64,000 bases of DNA from Alphaproteobacteria bacterium (lineage in GTDB: Bacteria > Pseudomonadota > Alphaproteobacteria > UBA8366). The notes under the pieces were generated by a model, which made no database searches, was not told where the DNA came from, and saw only the letters and a list, made by a program, of their open reading frames with translations. The translations under genes and the position numbers were made by a program. The stretch is from the NCBI GenBank assembly GCA_028281325.1, contig JANQKC010000024.1, positions 79,474 to 143,473 on the forward strand. Reading direction: 5' to 3'. This document shows, piece after piece, positions 36,407 through 45,218 of the stretch; position 1 is the first letter of the stretch; the number at the start of each line of letters is the position of its first letter.

Positions 36407-37951
36407 ATGTCGCAACGGCCCAATATTCTTCTCATCACGTCCGACCAGCAGCGGTGGGACACGTTCGGCCTGGAATCGCGCCGCTGCAAGACGCCGCATT
36501 TGGACCGGCTTGCCCGAAACGGGACCCGCTTCTCGTCCTGCATTACGCCCAATGTGGTCTGTCAGCCGTCGCGCGCGTCGATGCTGACTGGCCTCTTGCC
36601 GTTGTCGCATGGCGTGGCGGACAATGGGATCAATCTGGAGCCGGCTGTCGGGAAGCAGGGGTTTTCCGGACAATTGGCCGGCAACGGCTATGACACGGCG
36701 TTCATCGGGAAGGCCCATTTCGCGTCCAAAGGATGCTTCGAGCCGAGCGGCACGCCGGAATGCAAACATAGCTCCGCGGATTACGGCGAGGACTGGAACG
36801 GTCCCTATATGGGGTTCGACCATGTGGAATTGATGGTGCACGGTCATTTCGACCGGATTAAGGAACCCTTGCGGCCGCCGCTGGGACAGCATTTCGAACG
36901 GTGGTTTTTCAGCCGCGGCACCGACGACGAAGCATGGCAGCTTTGGTCGGAAGAATTGCAGCCGCCGACGGACACACCGCAGACGTGGCATTCCGCCTTG
37001 CCGGTGCAGTGGCACAGCAGCACGTGGATGACGGACCGAGCGATCGATTGGATCGCGCGGCGCAAGGGGGACGAGCCGTTCTGCGCCTGGGTATCGTTGC
37101 CGGACCCGCATCATCCGTTCGACTGCCCCGAACCGTGGAGCCGCTTGCATCATCCGGACGAGGTCGACTTGCCGGCTCATCGCACCCGCGATCTGGACCG
37201 CAGACCATGGTGGCACAAGGCGACCTTGGAAGGGGAACCCGCGATGCCGGATCCGGAGGCCGTGGCGTGGCGAAAACACGGATCGCGCGTCCCGCCGCTG
37301 TCCGATGCTCAGTTGCGCAGGATGACGGCGAACTATTTCGGCATGATCTCGTTGGTCGATCATAGCGTGGGGCGCATCCTGGACGCGCTCGATGCGCAGG
37401 GCGTCGCGGACAACACCATCGTCGTCTTCACCACCGACCATGGCGATCTTTTGGGCGATCACGGCCTCTACCTCAAAGGGCCGACCATGTATGAAGCCTT
37501 GTTGCGGATCGGCTTGATCGTTGCCGGGCCGGGCGTGCCGGCGGATCGAGTCGTGCAGGACCCGGTCTCGACCGTCGATTTGGCCGCCACCTTTCTCGAC
37601 TACGGCAACACGGAATGCCCGGCGCATTGGCAGAGCGAGTCGCTTCGTCCGTTGATCGAGGCTCGTGCCGGCGCGTCGCGGGACGTCGCGTATAACGAAT
37701 GGCGGCTGCACGAGGCGCGCTGCGGCGTGCCGCTCGAATTGCGCACGATCCGAACCAAGATCCACAAATGCACCTTCGAGTTGGACAGCGGCGCGGGGGA
37801 ACTCTACGACCTCGCCAACGACCCCATGGAGATGAACAATCTCTATGACGACAGCGGCTATCGGGCCGTTCGCAATGAACTCGAAGACATGATGCGCGCC
37901 CGTCCGGGACCGCTGCTGAACAAGATTCCCGACCCTGTCGGGTCGGCCTGA
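36407..37951 (+). CDS. Sulfatase (Cys-type, formylglycine motif C-Q-P-S-R)
   Basis: VCQPSRASMLTG signature; start 36407 with GAGAGAGA upstream. Confidence 0.85.
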   Translation: MSQRPNILLITSDQQRWDTFGLESRRCKTPHLDRLARNGTRFSSCITPNVVCQPSRASMLTGLLPLSHGVADNGINLEPAVGKQGFSGQLAGNGYDTAFIGKAHFASKGCFEPSGTPECKHSSADYGEDWNGPYMGFDHVELMVHGHFDRIKEPLRPPLGQHFERWFFSRGTDDEAWQLWSEELQPPTDTPQTWHSALPVQWHSSTWMTDRAIDWIARRKGDEPFCAWVSLPDPHHPFDCPEPWSRLHHPDEVDLPAHRTRDLDRRPWWHKATLEGEPAMPDPEAVAWRKHGSRVPPLSDAQLRRMTANYFGMISLVDHSVGRILDALDAQGVADNTIVVFTTDHGDLLGDHGLYLKGPTMYEALLRIGLIVAGPGVPADRVVQDPVSTVDLAATFLDYGNTECPAHWQSESLRPLIEARAGASRDVAYNEWRLHEARCGVPLELRTIRTKIHKCTFELDSGAGELYDLANDPMEMNNLYDDSGYRAVRNELEDMMRARPGPLLNKIPDPVGSA

Positions 37952-37954
37952 CGG

Positions 37955-39502
37955 TCAGGCGCGATAGGGAAAGGACGTGGGGCCGAGTAGGCCCGGCAGC
38001 AACGGCTGCGTCCACTCGATCCAGCGGCACAGCATCGGTCGCGTCTCGCGCGGGTCGATCAGATCGTGCATCGAAAAGGACTCGGCGCGCGCGGCGGGCG
38101 ATTGCTTGCGGGCGAGCATGTCTTCCAACTCCTGCCGCCGGGCCTCCGGGTCCGGGGCGGCGGCGATCTCGCGTCCGTAGGCGACGGCGACGCCGCCCTC
38201 GACCGGCAAGGCGCCCATTTCCGCCGACGGCCAGGCCAGGACATAAGCGTCGGGTCCGTAATGCGCCGCCTGCGCCACGCCGAAGGATTTCCGCACCACC
38301 ACCGAGGCCCAGGGCACCGAACAGTCGGCGACCGCCAGGACCGCGGCGGTACCGTAGCGGATCGTTCCCGCGCGTTCGGACTCGCTGCCGATCATGAAGC
38401 CCGGTTCGTCGACGAAGCTGACGATCGGCAGATGGAAGGTTTCGCAAATCTCGACGAAACGGCGCACCTTCATCGCGCCGTTCGCGCTCATCGCGCCGGC
38501 GTAGTACCGGCAGTCGTTGCCGATGACGCCGACGGGCTGGCCGTTCAGCCGGGCAAAGCCGGTGATCTGGCCGCGGCCGAACGCGCGCGTCATCTCGAAG
38601 AAGCTGTGCCGGTCCACGACATGGGCGATGACCTTCCGCATGTCGAAGACCTTGCGCCGGTCGCGCGGCACGATCCCGGCCAGTTCCTCGTCCTTTCGGT
38701 TCGGATCGTCGTCACTCTCGGCGACGGGCGGCAAGTCCCAGACGTTGGACGGCAGGTAGCTCAGGAAACGCCGGATTTGATCGAAGGCGTCCGCGTCGTC
38801 CTTGGCGACGTTGTCGGCCACGCTGTTGCGGCCATGGACCTGCGCGCCGCCCAGTTCTTCCTTCGTGACCTTCTCCCGCAGCGCGCGCTCGACGACCGCC
38901 GGTCCGGCGATGAGTATCTGCGCCGTTTCCTTGGTCATGACGGAAAAATGCGCCGCGACGAAGCGGGAGGCGGGGAGCCCGGCGACCGGGCCGAGTGCGG
39001 CGGTCACGACCGGCACACTGGCCAGCGCGCGGGCGACGGAGCGAAACCGCGGCGGCGAGTAGGGCGGCGTGCCCACCGTCTTGGACCCGGTTCCGGCGAC
39101 GCTGCCGCCGCCGCCCTCGTGCAGGCGGATCAGCGGCACCTTGTACCGGCAGGCCAGTTCCTCGGCGTAGATGCTCTTGCGCAAGCCGGCCTCGTTCGGC
39201 GACCCACCGCGTAGGGTGAAGTCCTCGCCGCCGATGATGCAGCGGCGGTCATCGACCATGCCGAATCCGAGCACGAAATTCGCGGGGGAGAAGGAGTCGA
39301 GCGATCCGTCGTCGTTCCGTTCCGCGGCCCCGGACGCGCCGCCGATTTCGTCGAAACTATCGGCATCCAGCAGGCCGTCGATCCGTTCGCGGACGGTCTG
39401 GCGGCCTTGCGCATGCTGCCGGGCGACGCCCTCCGTGCCGCCAAGTTCCTTGGCGAGCGTGCGTTTCCGTTCGATGTCCGCGATTTCCTTGTCCCAACTC
39501 AT
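37955..39502 (-). CDS. Acyl-CoA carboxylase carboxyltransferase (beta) subunit
   Basis: Carboxyl_trans domain pair; ATG at 39502 with GAAGGAA SD. Confidence 0.8.
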   Translation of the reverse strand: MSWDKEIADIERKRTLAKELGGTEGVARQHAQGRQTVRERIDGLLDADSFDEIGGASGAAERNDDGSLDSFSPANFVLGFGMVDDRRCIIGGEDFTLRGGSPNEAGLRKSIYAEELACRYKVPLIRLHEGGGGSVAGTGSKTVGTPPYSPPRFRSVARALASVPVVTAALGPVAGLPASRFVAAHFSVMTKETAQILIAGPAVVERALREKVTKEELGGAQVHGRNSVADNVAKDDADAFDQIRRFLSYLPSNVWDLPPVAESDDDPNRKDEELAGIVPRDRRKVFDMRKVIAHVVDRHSFFEMTRAFGRGQITGFARLNGQPVGVIGNDCRYYAGAMSANGAMKVRRFVEICETFHLPIVSFVDEPGFMIGSESERAGTIRYGTAAVLAVADCSVPWASVVVRKSFGVAQAAHYGPDAYVLAWPSAEMGALPVEGGVAVAYGREIAAAPDPEARRQELEDMLARKQSPAARAESFSMHDLIDPRETRPMLCRWIEWTQPLLPGLLGPTSFPYRA

Positions 39503-39784
39503 GCAGAGTTCCTTCGGTCGAAAATTAGCGGTTGCAAATGGCAATTCGGAATCACCGCCCTAGTTTTTTTGTCCAGGGGAGGACTATTATGGTCCGGACG
39601 ACTTTCCGATTGCACTGTCTATAAGCATTGGTTCGGTCAATTGCACGGGCGAACCGCTCCGGGCGCAAGGCCATGCGCGCGCATTCCTACAGTTGAGGCG
39701 CGCTGGTTTTGTATTGGCCGCCTCTGCTGCTATAGAGATTCCAATTGAAGCATGAAGCACAACCGACGAGGGAGAGTACCAACG

Positions 39785-40642
39785 ATGCTTAAGAGATTCT
39801 TCGCCGCAATGATCCTGATCTTCGGGTTCGGGTCCGCCGTCGCGGCCGAAACATTCGTCTTTACCGCGATCCCCGATCAGGACGAAACGCGCTTGAAAGA
39901 GCGTTTCGGAAAGATCGCGGACTATCTGTCCAAGGAATTGGATACGACGGTCAAATACGTGCCGGTGAAAAGCTATGCGGCGGCGGTGACGGCCTTCAAG
40001 AACAACCAGGTGCAGCTCGCCTGGTTCGGCGGCCTGTCCGGCGTGCGCGCGCGGGCGTCGGTGCCGGGCTCGGTGGCGATCGCGCAAGGCTATGAAGACC
40101 AGTTCTTCGAAACCTATTTCATCGCGAACGAAAAGGCGGGGCTCTCCCTGACCAAGGAGTTTCCGAAGGAAATTGCCGGCAAGACCTTCACCTTCGGGTC
40201 GAAGGGGTCCACGTCCGGCCGTTTGATGCCCGAGTTCCATATCCGCCGAAACTTCGGCAAGACGCCCGACAAGGTGTTTGAGCGCGTCGGTTTCAGCGGC
40301 GATCACTCGCGCACGATCGCGTTGGTGCAGTCCGGCGCCTATCAGGTCGGCGCGGTGAATTACAAGGTTTGGAAAAAGGAATTGGATGCCGGCAAGATCG
40401 ATCCCAAAAAGGTTTCGATCATCTGGCGGACGCCGCCTTATCCCGACTATCAGTGGAGCATTCGCGGCGACGTGGATCAGAAATTCGGCGCGGGCTTTCA
40501 GAAGAAGGTGACGGACGCCTTATTGAATATGAAGGACCCGGCGCTGCTCGAGTCCTTTCCGCGCAGCAAGTTCATTCCGGCGACCAACGACGACTACAAG
40601 ATGATCGTGGATACCGGAAAGGAAATCGGTCTGATCGACTGA
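39785..40642 (+). CDS. ABC transporter substrate-binding protein, PhnD/SsuA-like (putative selenium oxyanion-binding)
   Basis: Signal peptide and PhnD-like fold; GAGGGAGAG SD. It heads an operon that ends in the selD fusion. Confidence 0.7.
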   Translation: MLKRFFAAMILIFGFGSAVAAETFVFTAIPDQDETRLKERFGKIADYLSKELDTTVKYVPVKSYAAAVTAFKNNQVQLAWFGGLSGVRARASVPGSVAIAQGYEDQFFETYFIANEKAGLSLTKEFPKEIAGKTFTFGSKGSTSGRLMPEFHIRRNFGKTPDKVFERVGFSGDHSRTIALVQSGAYQVGAVNYKVWKKELDAGKIDPKKVSIIWRTPPYPDYQWSIRGDVDQKFGAGFQKKVTDALLNMKDPALLESFPRSKFIPATNDDYKMIVDTGKEIGLID

Positions 40643-41298
40643 TGGCGCTTGTCGACCTCACCCTCGCGTCCGCGGGCTATAACGGCGCGAACGTCCTGCA
40701 CGACGTGTCGTTGTCGATCGAACGGGGCGAGAAGGTCGCACTGGTCGGGCGGAGCGGGGCTGGCAAGTCCACCCTGCTTCGGCTGATCTACGAGCGTATC
40801 GACGGCGAGGCCGCGATGGTTCCGCAGGAACTCGGCCTCGTCCGTGCGCTCACCGTGTTTCACAACATCTATATGGGGCAGCTCAACTGCCACAGCACCT
40901 GGCGCAACGTGATGAACCTCGTGCGCCCGATGCAGCAGGAAGTCGAAAACATTGGCGGCATCGTGAAGACGCTTGGCCTGGAGAACGAGATGTTCTCCGC
41001 TGTCGGCGCGTTGTCCGGCGGACAGCAGCAACGGACGGCCGTGGGCCGGGCCCTGTATCAGCGGGCAGACATTCTGCTCGGCGACGAGCCCGTCTCGGCG
41101 GTGGACGAGCATCAATCCCGGTCAATTCTGGAAAGCATCGCCGACGCGAAACCCACGGTCATTCTGGCGATGCATGACATCGATCTCGCGCTCGCCTATT
41201 CCAACCGCGTCATCGGGTTGGATGCCGGGCGCATCGTGATGGACGAGTCGACCGCCGGCATGAAGGCGTCCGACCTCGACCTTCTCTATCGAGGCTGA
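40642..41298 (+). CDS. ABC transporter ATP-binding protein (PhnC-like)
   Basis: Walker A GRSGAGKST and LSGGQQQR signature. Its start overlaps the SBP stop by 1 nt (TGATG). Confidence 0.8.
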   Translation: MALVDLTLASAGYNGANVLHDVSLSIERGEKVALVGRSGAGKSTLLRLIYERIDGEAAMVPQELGLVRALTVFHNIYMGQLNCHSTWRNVMNLVRPMQQEVENIGGIVKTLGLENEMFSAVGALSGGQQQRTAVGRALYQRADILLGDEPVSAVDEHQSRSILESIADAKPTVILAMHDIDLALAYSNRVIGLDAGRIVMDESTAGMKASDLDLLYRG

Positions 41299-41303
41299 GC
41301 GGC

Positions 41304-42800
41304 ATGCAGGCGGTTTGGCGTTACTCTCCGGCGGTTCGGACCAGCCTGATATTCGTCGGTATCGCCTTTCTCTGCCTGATCTTCGCCGACATTTCGATTT
41401 CGACGGTGAACCCGTGGACCGAGATGGGTCGTTTGCTGCTGGGAGTCGTGACCCCGGACTTCCTGGCCACGGAAAGTCTGGTCAACGCCCTGGTGCAGAC
41501 CGTCGCTTTCGCCATCCTGGGCGTCGTCGTTGGAAATATCGCCGGGTTTTTCCTGGCGCTGATTTTTCATTATCGCGCGGTGCGCGTCGGCTGCGCCTTC
41601 GTGCGCGCGATCCATGAGCTGTTCTGGGCGCTGATCTTTTTGCAGATTTTCGGCCTGTCGCCGATCACCGGCATCCTCGCCATCGGGATTCCCTATGCGG
41701 GGATCATCGCGAAGGTCTATGCCGAGATTTTGGAGGAAGCCGACACCACGCCGCTGAAGGCGGTGCCGCCGGGCAGCACGGCGACCTCCGTCTTTATCTT
41801 CGTGCGGTTGCCGGACGTCTGGGCGCATTTCAAGACTTACTCGCTCTACCGGCTGGAATGCGGCTTGCGGTCGAGCGCGGTGCTCGGGTTCGTCGGCCTG
41901 CCGACGTTGGGCTACTACCTCGAAACGGCGTTCCGCCAAGGCCATTATTCCGAAGTCTCCGCGCTGCTGATCCTGTTCTATATTGTGATCGCGAGCATGC
42001 GGGTGTGGATGCGCCGCAACCTGCTGCCGCTCTATATCCTGGGCGCAATCCTGCTGTTGCCGTGGGGCGGACACGAAATCTACGCGGACAACATCGTCCG
42101 GTTCTTCACCCAGGACATCGTCCCGCAGCCGTTGCGCGACGGCGTGTTCGAGCCGGGCGCGCTGTCCGGGTTCGGCGACTGGCTGTCGGTATTGTTCGTC
42201 GAACAGGCGTTGCCCGGTGCGGTCGACACGCTGCAACTGACGATGATCGCGCTGGTCGCGACCGGCGTCCTGGCGCTGGTCTTTTTTCCGCTGCTGTCGC
42301 CGCTGTTCTTCGGCCGCGGCGGCCGTCTCGGCGGGCATGTGTTTTTGGTGGTCGTGCGATCGACGCCGGAATACATCCTGGCCTATGTCTGCCTGCAGCT
42401 TTGGGGGCCGTCGATGTTGCCCGCGATCATCGCGTTGTCGCTGCACAACGGCGCGATCATCGCGCATCTGATTGGCCGCTACACCGAACATATGAAGGTG
42501 CGGGTCGATGCGCCGCGTGGGCTCAATCTTTACTTTTACGAATCGGTGCCGCGTGTCTATGGGCAGCTCCTGGCGTTCCTTTTCTATCGCTGGGAAGTGA
42601 TTTTACGTGAGACCGCAATTCTCGGCATGTTGGGCATCGCGACGCTCGGCTTCTATGTGGACAGCGCCTTTGCGGATATCCGGCTGGACCGCGCGCTGGT
42701 GCTGATCCTGTTCACGGCGGCGCTGAATATCTGCGTCGATGCGTTGTCGCGGCATATCCGGGCGCGGCTCCGTCTCAAGACGACCATCGAACATGGGTGA
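41304..42800 (+). CDS. ABC transporter permease, duplicated PhnE-like (two permease domains in one 498-aa chain)
   Basis: Two consecutive six-helix PhnE-like halves. Confidence 0.75.
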   Translation: MQAVWRYSPAVRTSLIFVGIAFLCLIFADISISTVNPWTEMGRLLLGVVTPDFLATESLVNALVQTVAFAILGVVVGNIAGFFLALIFHYRAVRVGCAFVRAIHELFWALIFLQIFGLSPITGILAIGIPYAGIIAKVYAEILEEADTTPLKAVPPGSTATSVFIFVRLPDVWAHFKTYSLYRLECGLRSSAVLGFVGLPTLGYYLETAFRQGHYSEVSALLILFYIVIASMRVWMRRNLLPLYILGAILLLPWGGHEIYADNIVRFFTQDIVPQPLRDGVFEPGALSGFGDWLSVLFVEQALPGAVDTLQLTMIALVATGVLALVFFPLLSPLFFGRGGRLGGHVFLVVVRSTPEYILAYVCLQLWGPSMLPAIIALSLHNGAIIAHLIGRYTEHMKVRVDAPRGLNLYFYESVPRVYGQLLAFLFYRWEVILRETAILGMLGIATLGFYVDSAFADIRLDRALVLILFTAALNICVDALSRHIRARLRLKTTIEHG

Positions 42801-45070
42801 TCCTCGTGCAATCGACCACACCGATCCTTAAAGACCTCGTTCTCGTCGGCGGCGGACACAGCCATGTCGGCGTGCTGCGGTCCTTCGGCATGAAGCCGAT
42901 CCCGGGCGTCCGCCTGACGGTCCTCTGCCGCGACGTGGACACGCCCTATTCGGGGATGTTGCCAGGGTTGGTCGCGGGGCATTACACCTTCGAGGAGACC
43001 CATATCGATCTCGGCCCGTTGGCCCGCTTCGCCAAGGCGCGCTTCTACAACGACGATGTGATCGGCATCGACCCGCGTCAGCGGTTGGTGATCTGCAAGG
43101 ACCGCCCGCCGGTCTCCTACGACATGCTGTCGATCAACGTCGGGTCCGCGCCCGCGACCTGGGAGACGCCGGGCGCCGACGGCAACGTAGTGCCGGTCAA
43201 GCCGATCAACCGGTTCGTCGCGCATTGGGAACGCCTGCGCGAACGCATCCTGTTGCGCGAGGACCCGGTGCGGATCGGTATCGTCGGCGGCGGCGCGGGC
43301 GGCGTCGAACTGCTGCTCGCCATCCAGTACCGGTTGAAGAGTCTATTGGCCGGGCAAGGGCGCACCGACGCGCATTTGGAGTATCACCTGATCAGCGAAG
43401 AGTCGGACATCCTGACCACGCATAACCCGCTGGTCCGGTCCAAGTTCCGGCGCATCTTCGCCGAGCGCAGCATCAACTTCCACGCGGATACGCAGGTCGA
43501 GTCCGTGACGCCGGGTAAGGTCCAGGCCGCGAACGGCGACACCATTGCGTTGGACGAAATCCTGTGGGTGACCCGGGCGGGCGCCGCGCCGTGGATCAAG
43601 GAATCCGGACTGGCGGTTGACGAATACGGTTTTATGCAGGTCGGCGACACGCTGCAATCGACCTCGCATCCGGAAATCTTCGGCGCGGGCGATATCGCGG
43701 CGATGGTCAATCATCCGCGCCCGAAAGCGGGCGTCTTCGCGGTGAGGCAAGGGCCGCCACTGACCCGAAACCTGCGGCGTATGCTGGTCGGCAAGTCCGC
43801 GCGGCCGTTCACGCCGCAGCGGGAATGGCTTAGCCTGATCAGTACCGGCGATAAATACGCGGTTGCCTCGCGATCCAAATGGTCGGTCGAGGGCAAGCTG
43901 GTCTGGCGCTGGAAGGACTGGATCGACCAGCGCTTCATGAAGAAGTTCAACGAATTGCCCGAAATGGAGACGGAGGAAAAATCGGACGTGCCGCGCGGCC
44001 TGGCGGGCGACGAGGTGATCAAGGAAATCTCCGCCGTCGCCATGCGCTGCGGCGGCTGTGGCGCGAAGGTGGGTGCCACGGTGTTGCAGCGCGCGCTGTC
44101 GCAGCTAAAGCCGGTGGCGCGCGACGACGTGTTGATCGGCCTGCACGAACCGGACGACGCCGCGGTGGTCGAGGTGCCGCCCGGCAAGGTGATGGTGCAT
44201 TCGGTCGATTCGTTCCGCGCCATCGTCGACGACCCGTATCTGTTCGGCCGCATCGCCGCCAACCACAGCCTCGGCGATATCTATGCGATGGGCGCGGACC
44301 CGCAGACCGCGCTCGCCATCGCCACCGTGCCCTACGGACTGGAGGAGAAGGTGGAGGACGTGTTGTCCCAGATGCTGACCGGCGCGATGGAGGTCTTGCA
44401 GGAATCGAACACCTCGTTGGTCGGCGGTCATACCAGCGAAGGCGCGGAGCTGTCGCTGGGCTTTTCCGTGAACGGCCTGATCGACCGAGAGAAGGTCTTG
44501 CGCAAGGGCGGCATGCAGTCGGGCGACCGGCTGGTGCTGACCAAGGCGATCGGAACCGGCACGCTGTTCGCTGCCGACATGCGGCTGAAGGCGAAAGGCC
44601 AGTGGATCAAGGGGGCGCTCGCCTCGATGCTGCTGTCGAACTACGAGGGCGCGCACTGCCTGTCCGACCACGGCGCAAATGCATGCACCGACGTGACCGG
44701 CTTCGGGTTGTTGGGGCATCTGGTCGAGATGACCAAACCGTCCGGCGTCGACGTGGAACTCGATCTCGGCGCGATCCCGTATCTGGACGGCGCGCGGGAG
44801 ACGGTGGCGGCCGGCATCACCAGCACCTTGCAACCGCAGAACCTGCGGCTCCGCCGCGCCATTTCCAATATCGCAGAGGTCGGCGACGACCCGCGTTTTC
44901 CGTTGATCTTCGATCCGCAGACTGCCGGCGGCTTGCTGGCCAGCGTGCCGCAGGACCGGGCCGAGGATTGCGTCGGCGCGTTGCGCGATCTGGGATATGA
45001 CCGGACGGCGATCATCGGCACCGTGTTGCCCGAGGGCAACCGGTTGGAACCGATTACGGTGCGGGCGTAG
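42797..45070 (+). CDS. selD: Fusion of a pyridine-nucleotide-disulfide oxidoreductase ('N-terminal to SelD' domain) with selenide,water dikinase SelD (Cys-type); the senC equivalent
   Basis: N-terminal LVLVGGGHSHVGVL FAD/NAD fold. The C-terminal half from about 43980 is canonical SelD (AMRCGGCGAK at 44042..44068, with TGC/TGT and no TGA). It overlaps the permease stop by 4 nt (ATGA). Confidence 0.8.
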   Translation: MILVQSTTPILKDLVLVGGGHSHVGVLRSFGMKPIPGVRLTVLCRDVDTPYSGMLPGLVAGHYTFEETHIDLGPLARFAKARFYNDDVIGIDPRQRLVICKDRPPVSYDMLSINVGSAPATWETPGADGNVVPVKPINRFVAHWERLRERILLREDPVRIGIVGGGAGGVELLLAIQYRLKSLLAGQGRTDAHLEYHLISEESDILTTHNPLVRSKFRRIFAERSINFHADTQVESVTPGKVQAANGDTIALDEILWVTRAGAAPWIKESGLAVDEYGFMQVGDTLQSTSHPEIFGAGDIAAMVNHPRPKAGVFAVRQGPPLTRNLRRMLVGKSARPFTPQREWLSLISTGDKYAVASRSKWSVEGKLVWRWKDWIDQRFMKKFNELPEMETEEKSDVPRGLAGDEVIKEISAVAMRCGGCGAKVGATVLQRALSQLKPVARDDVLIGLHEPDDAAVVEVPPGKVMVHSVDSFRAIVDDPYLFGRIAANHSLGDIYAMGADPQTALAIATVPYGLEEKVEDVLSQMLTGAMEVLQESNTSLVGGHTSEGAELSLGFSVNGLIDREKVLRKGGMQSGDRLVLTKAIGTGTLFAADMRLKAKGQWIKGALASMLLSNYEGAHCLSDHGANACTDVTGFGLLGHLVEMTKPSGVDVELDLGAIPYLDGARETVAAGITSTLQPQNLRLRRAISNIAEVGDDPRFPLIFDPQTAGGLLASVPQDRAEDCVGALRDLGYDRTAIIGTVLPEGNRLEPITVRA

Positions 45071-45100
45071 GAACCTCGTTCCGTTATTGCCGTTTGTATT

Positions 45101-45212
45101 GACCTCACCCTGAGCGTGTCGAAGGGCCTTCGGAGCGTGGCATGCTTCGACAGGCTCAGCATGAGGGTGGTGCATGCCTAGCTAAGTTATTACCGCGAAA
45201 GCGGGAATCCAG
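45101..45212. repeat. Mosaic palindromic intergenic repeat (REP/RIME-like), copy 2, with B' inverted module, B module (catgcttcgacaggctcagcatgaggg at 45141..45167) and A-type hairpin (ccgcgaaagcggg)
   Basis: Shares modules with 10309..10492. It lies between convergent selD-fusion and senB-like genes. Confidence 0.6.
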
Positions 45213-45218
45213 TATTCG

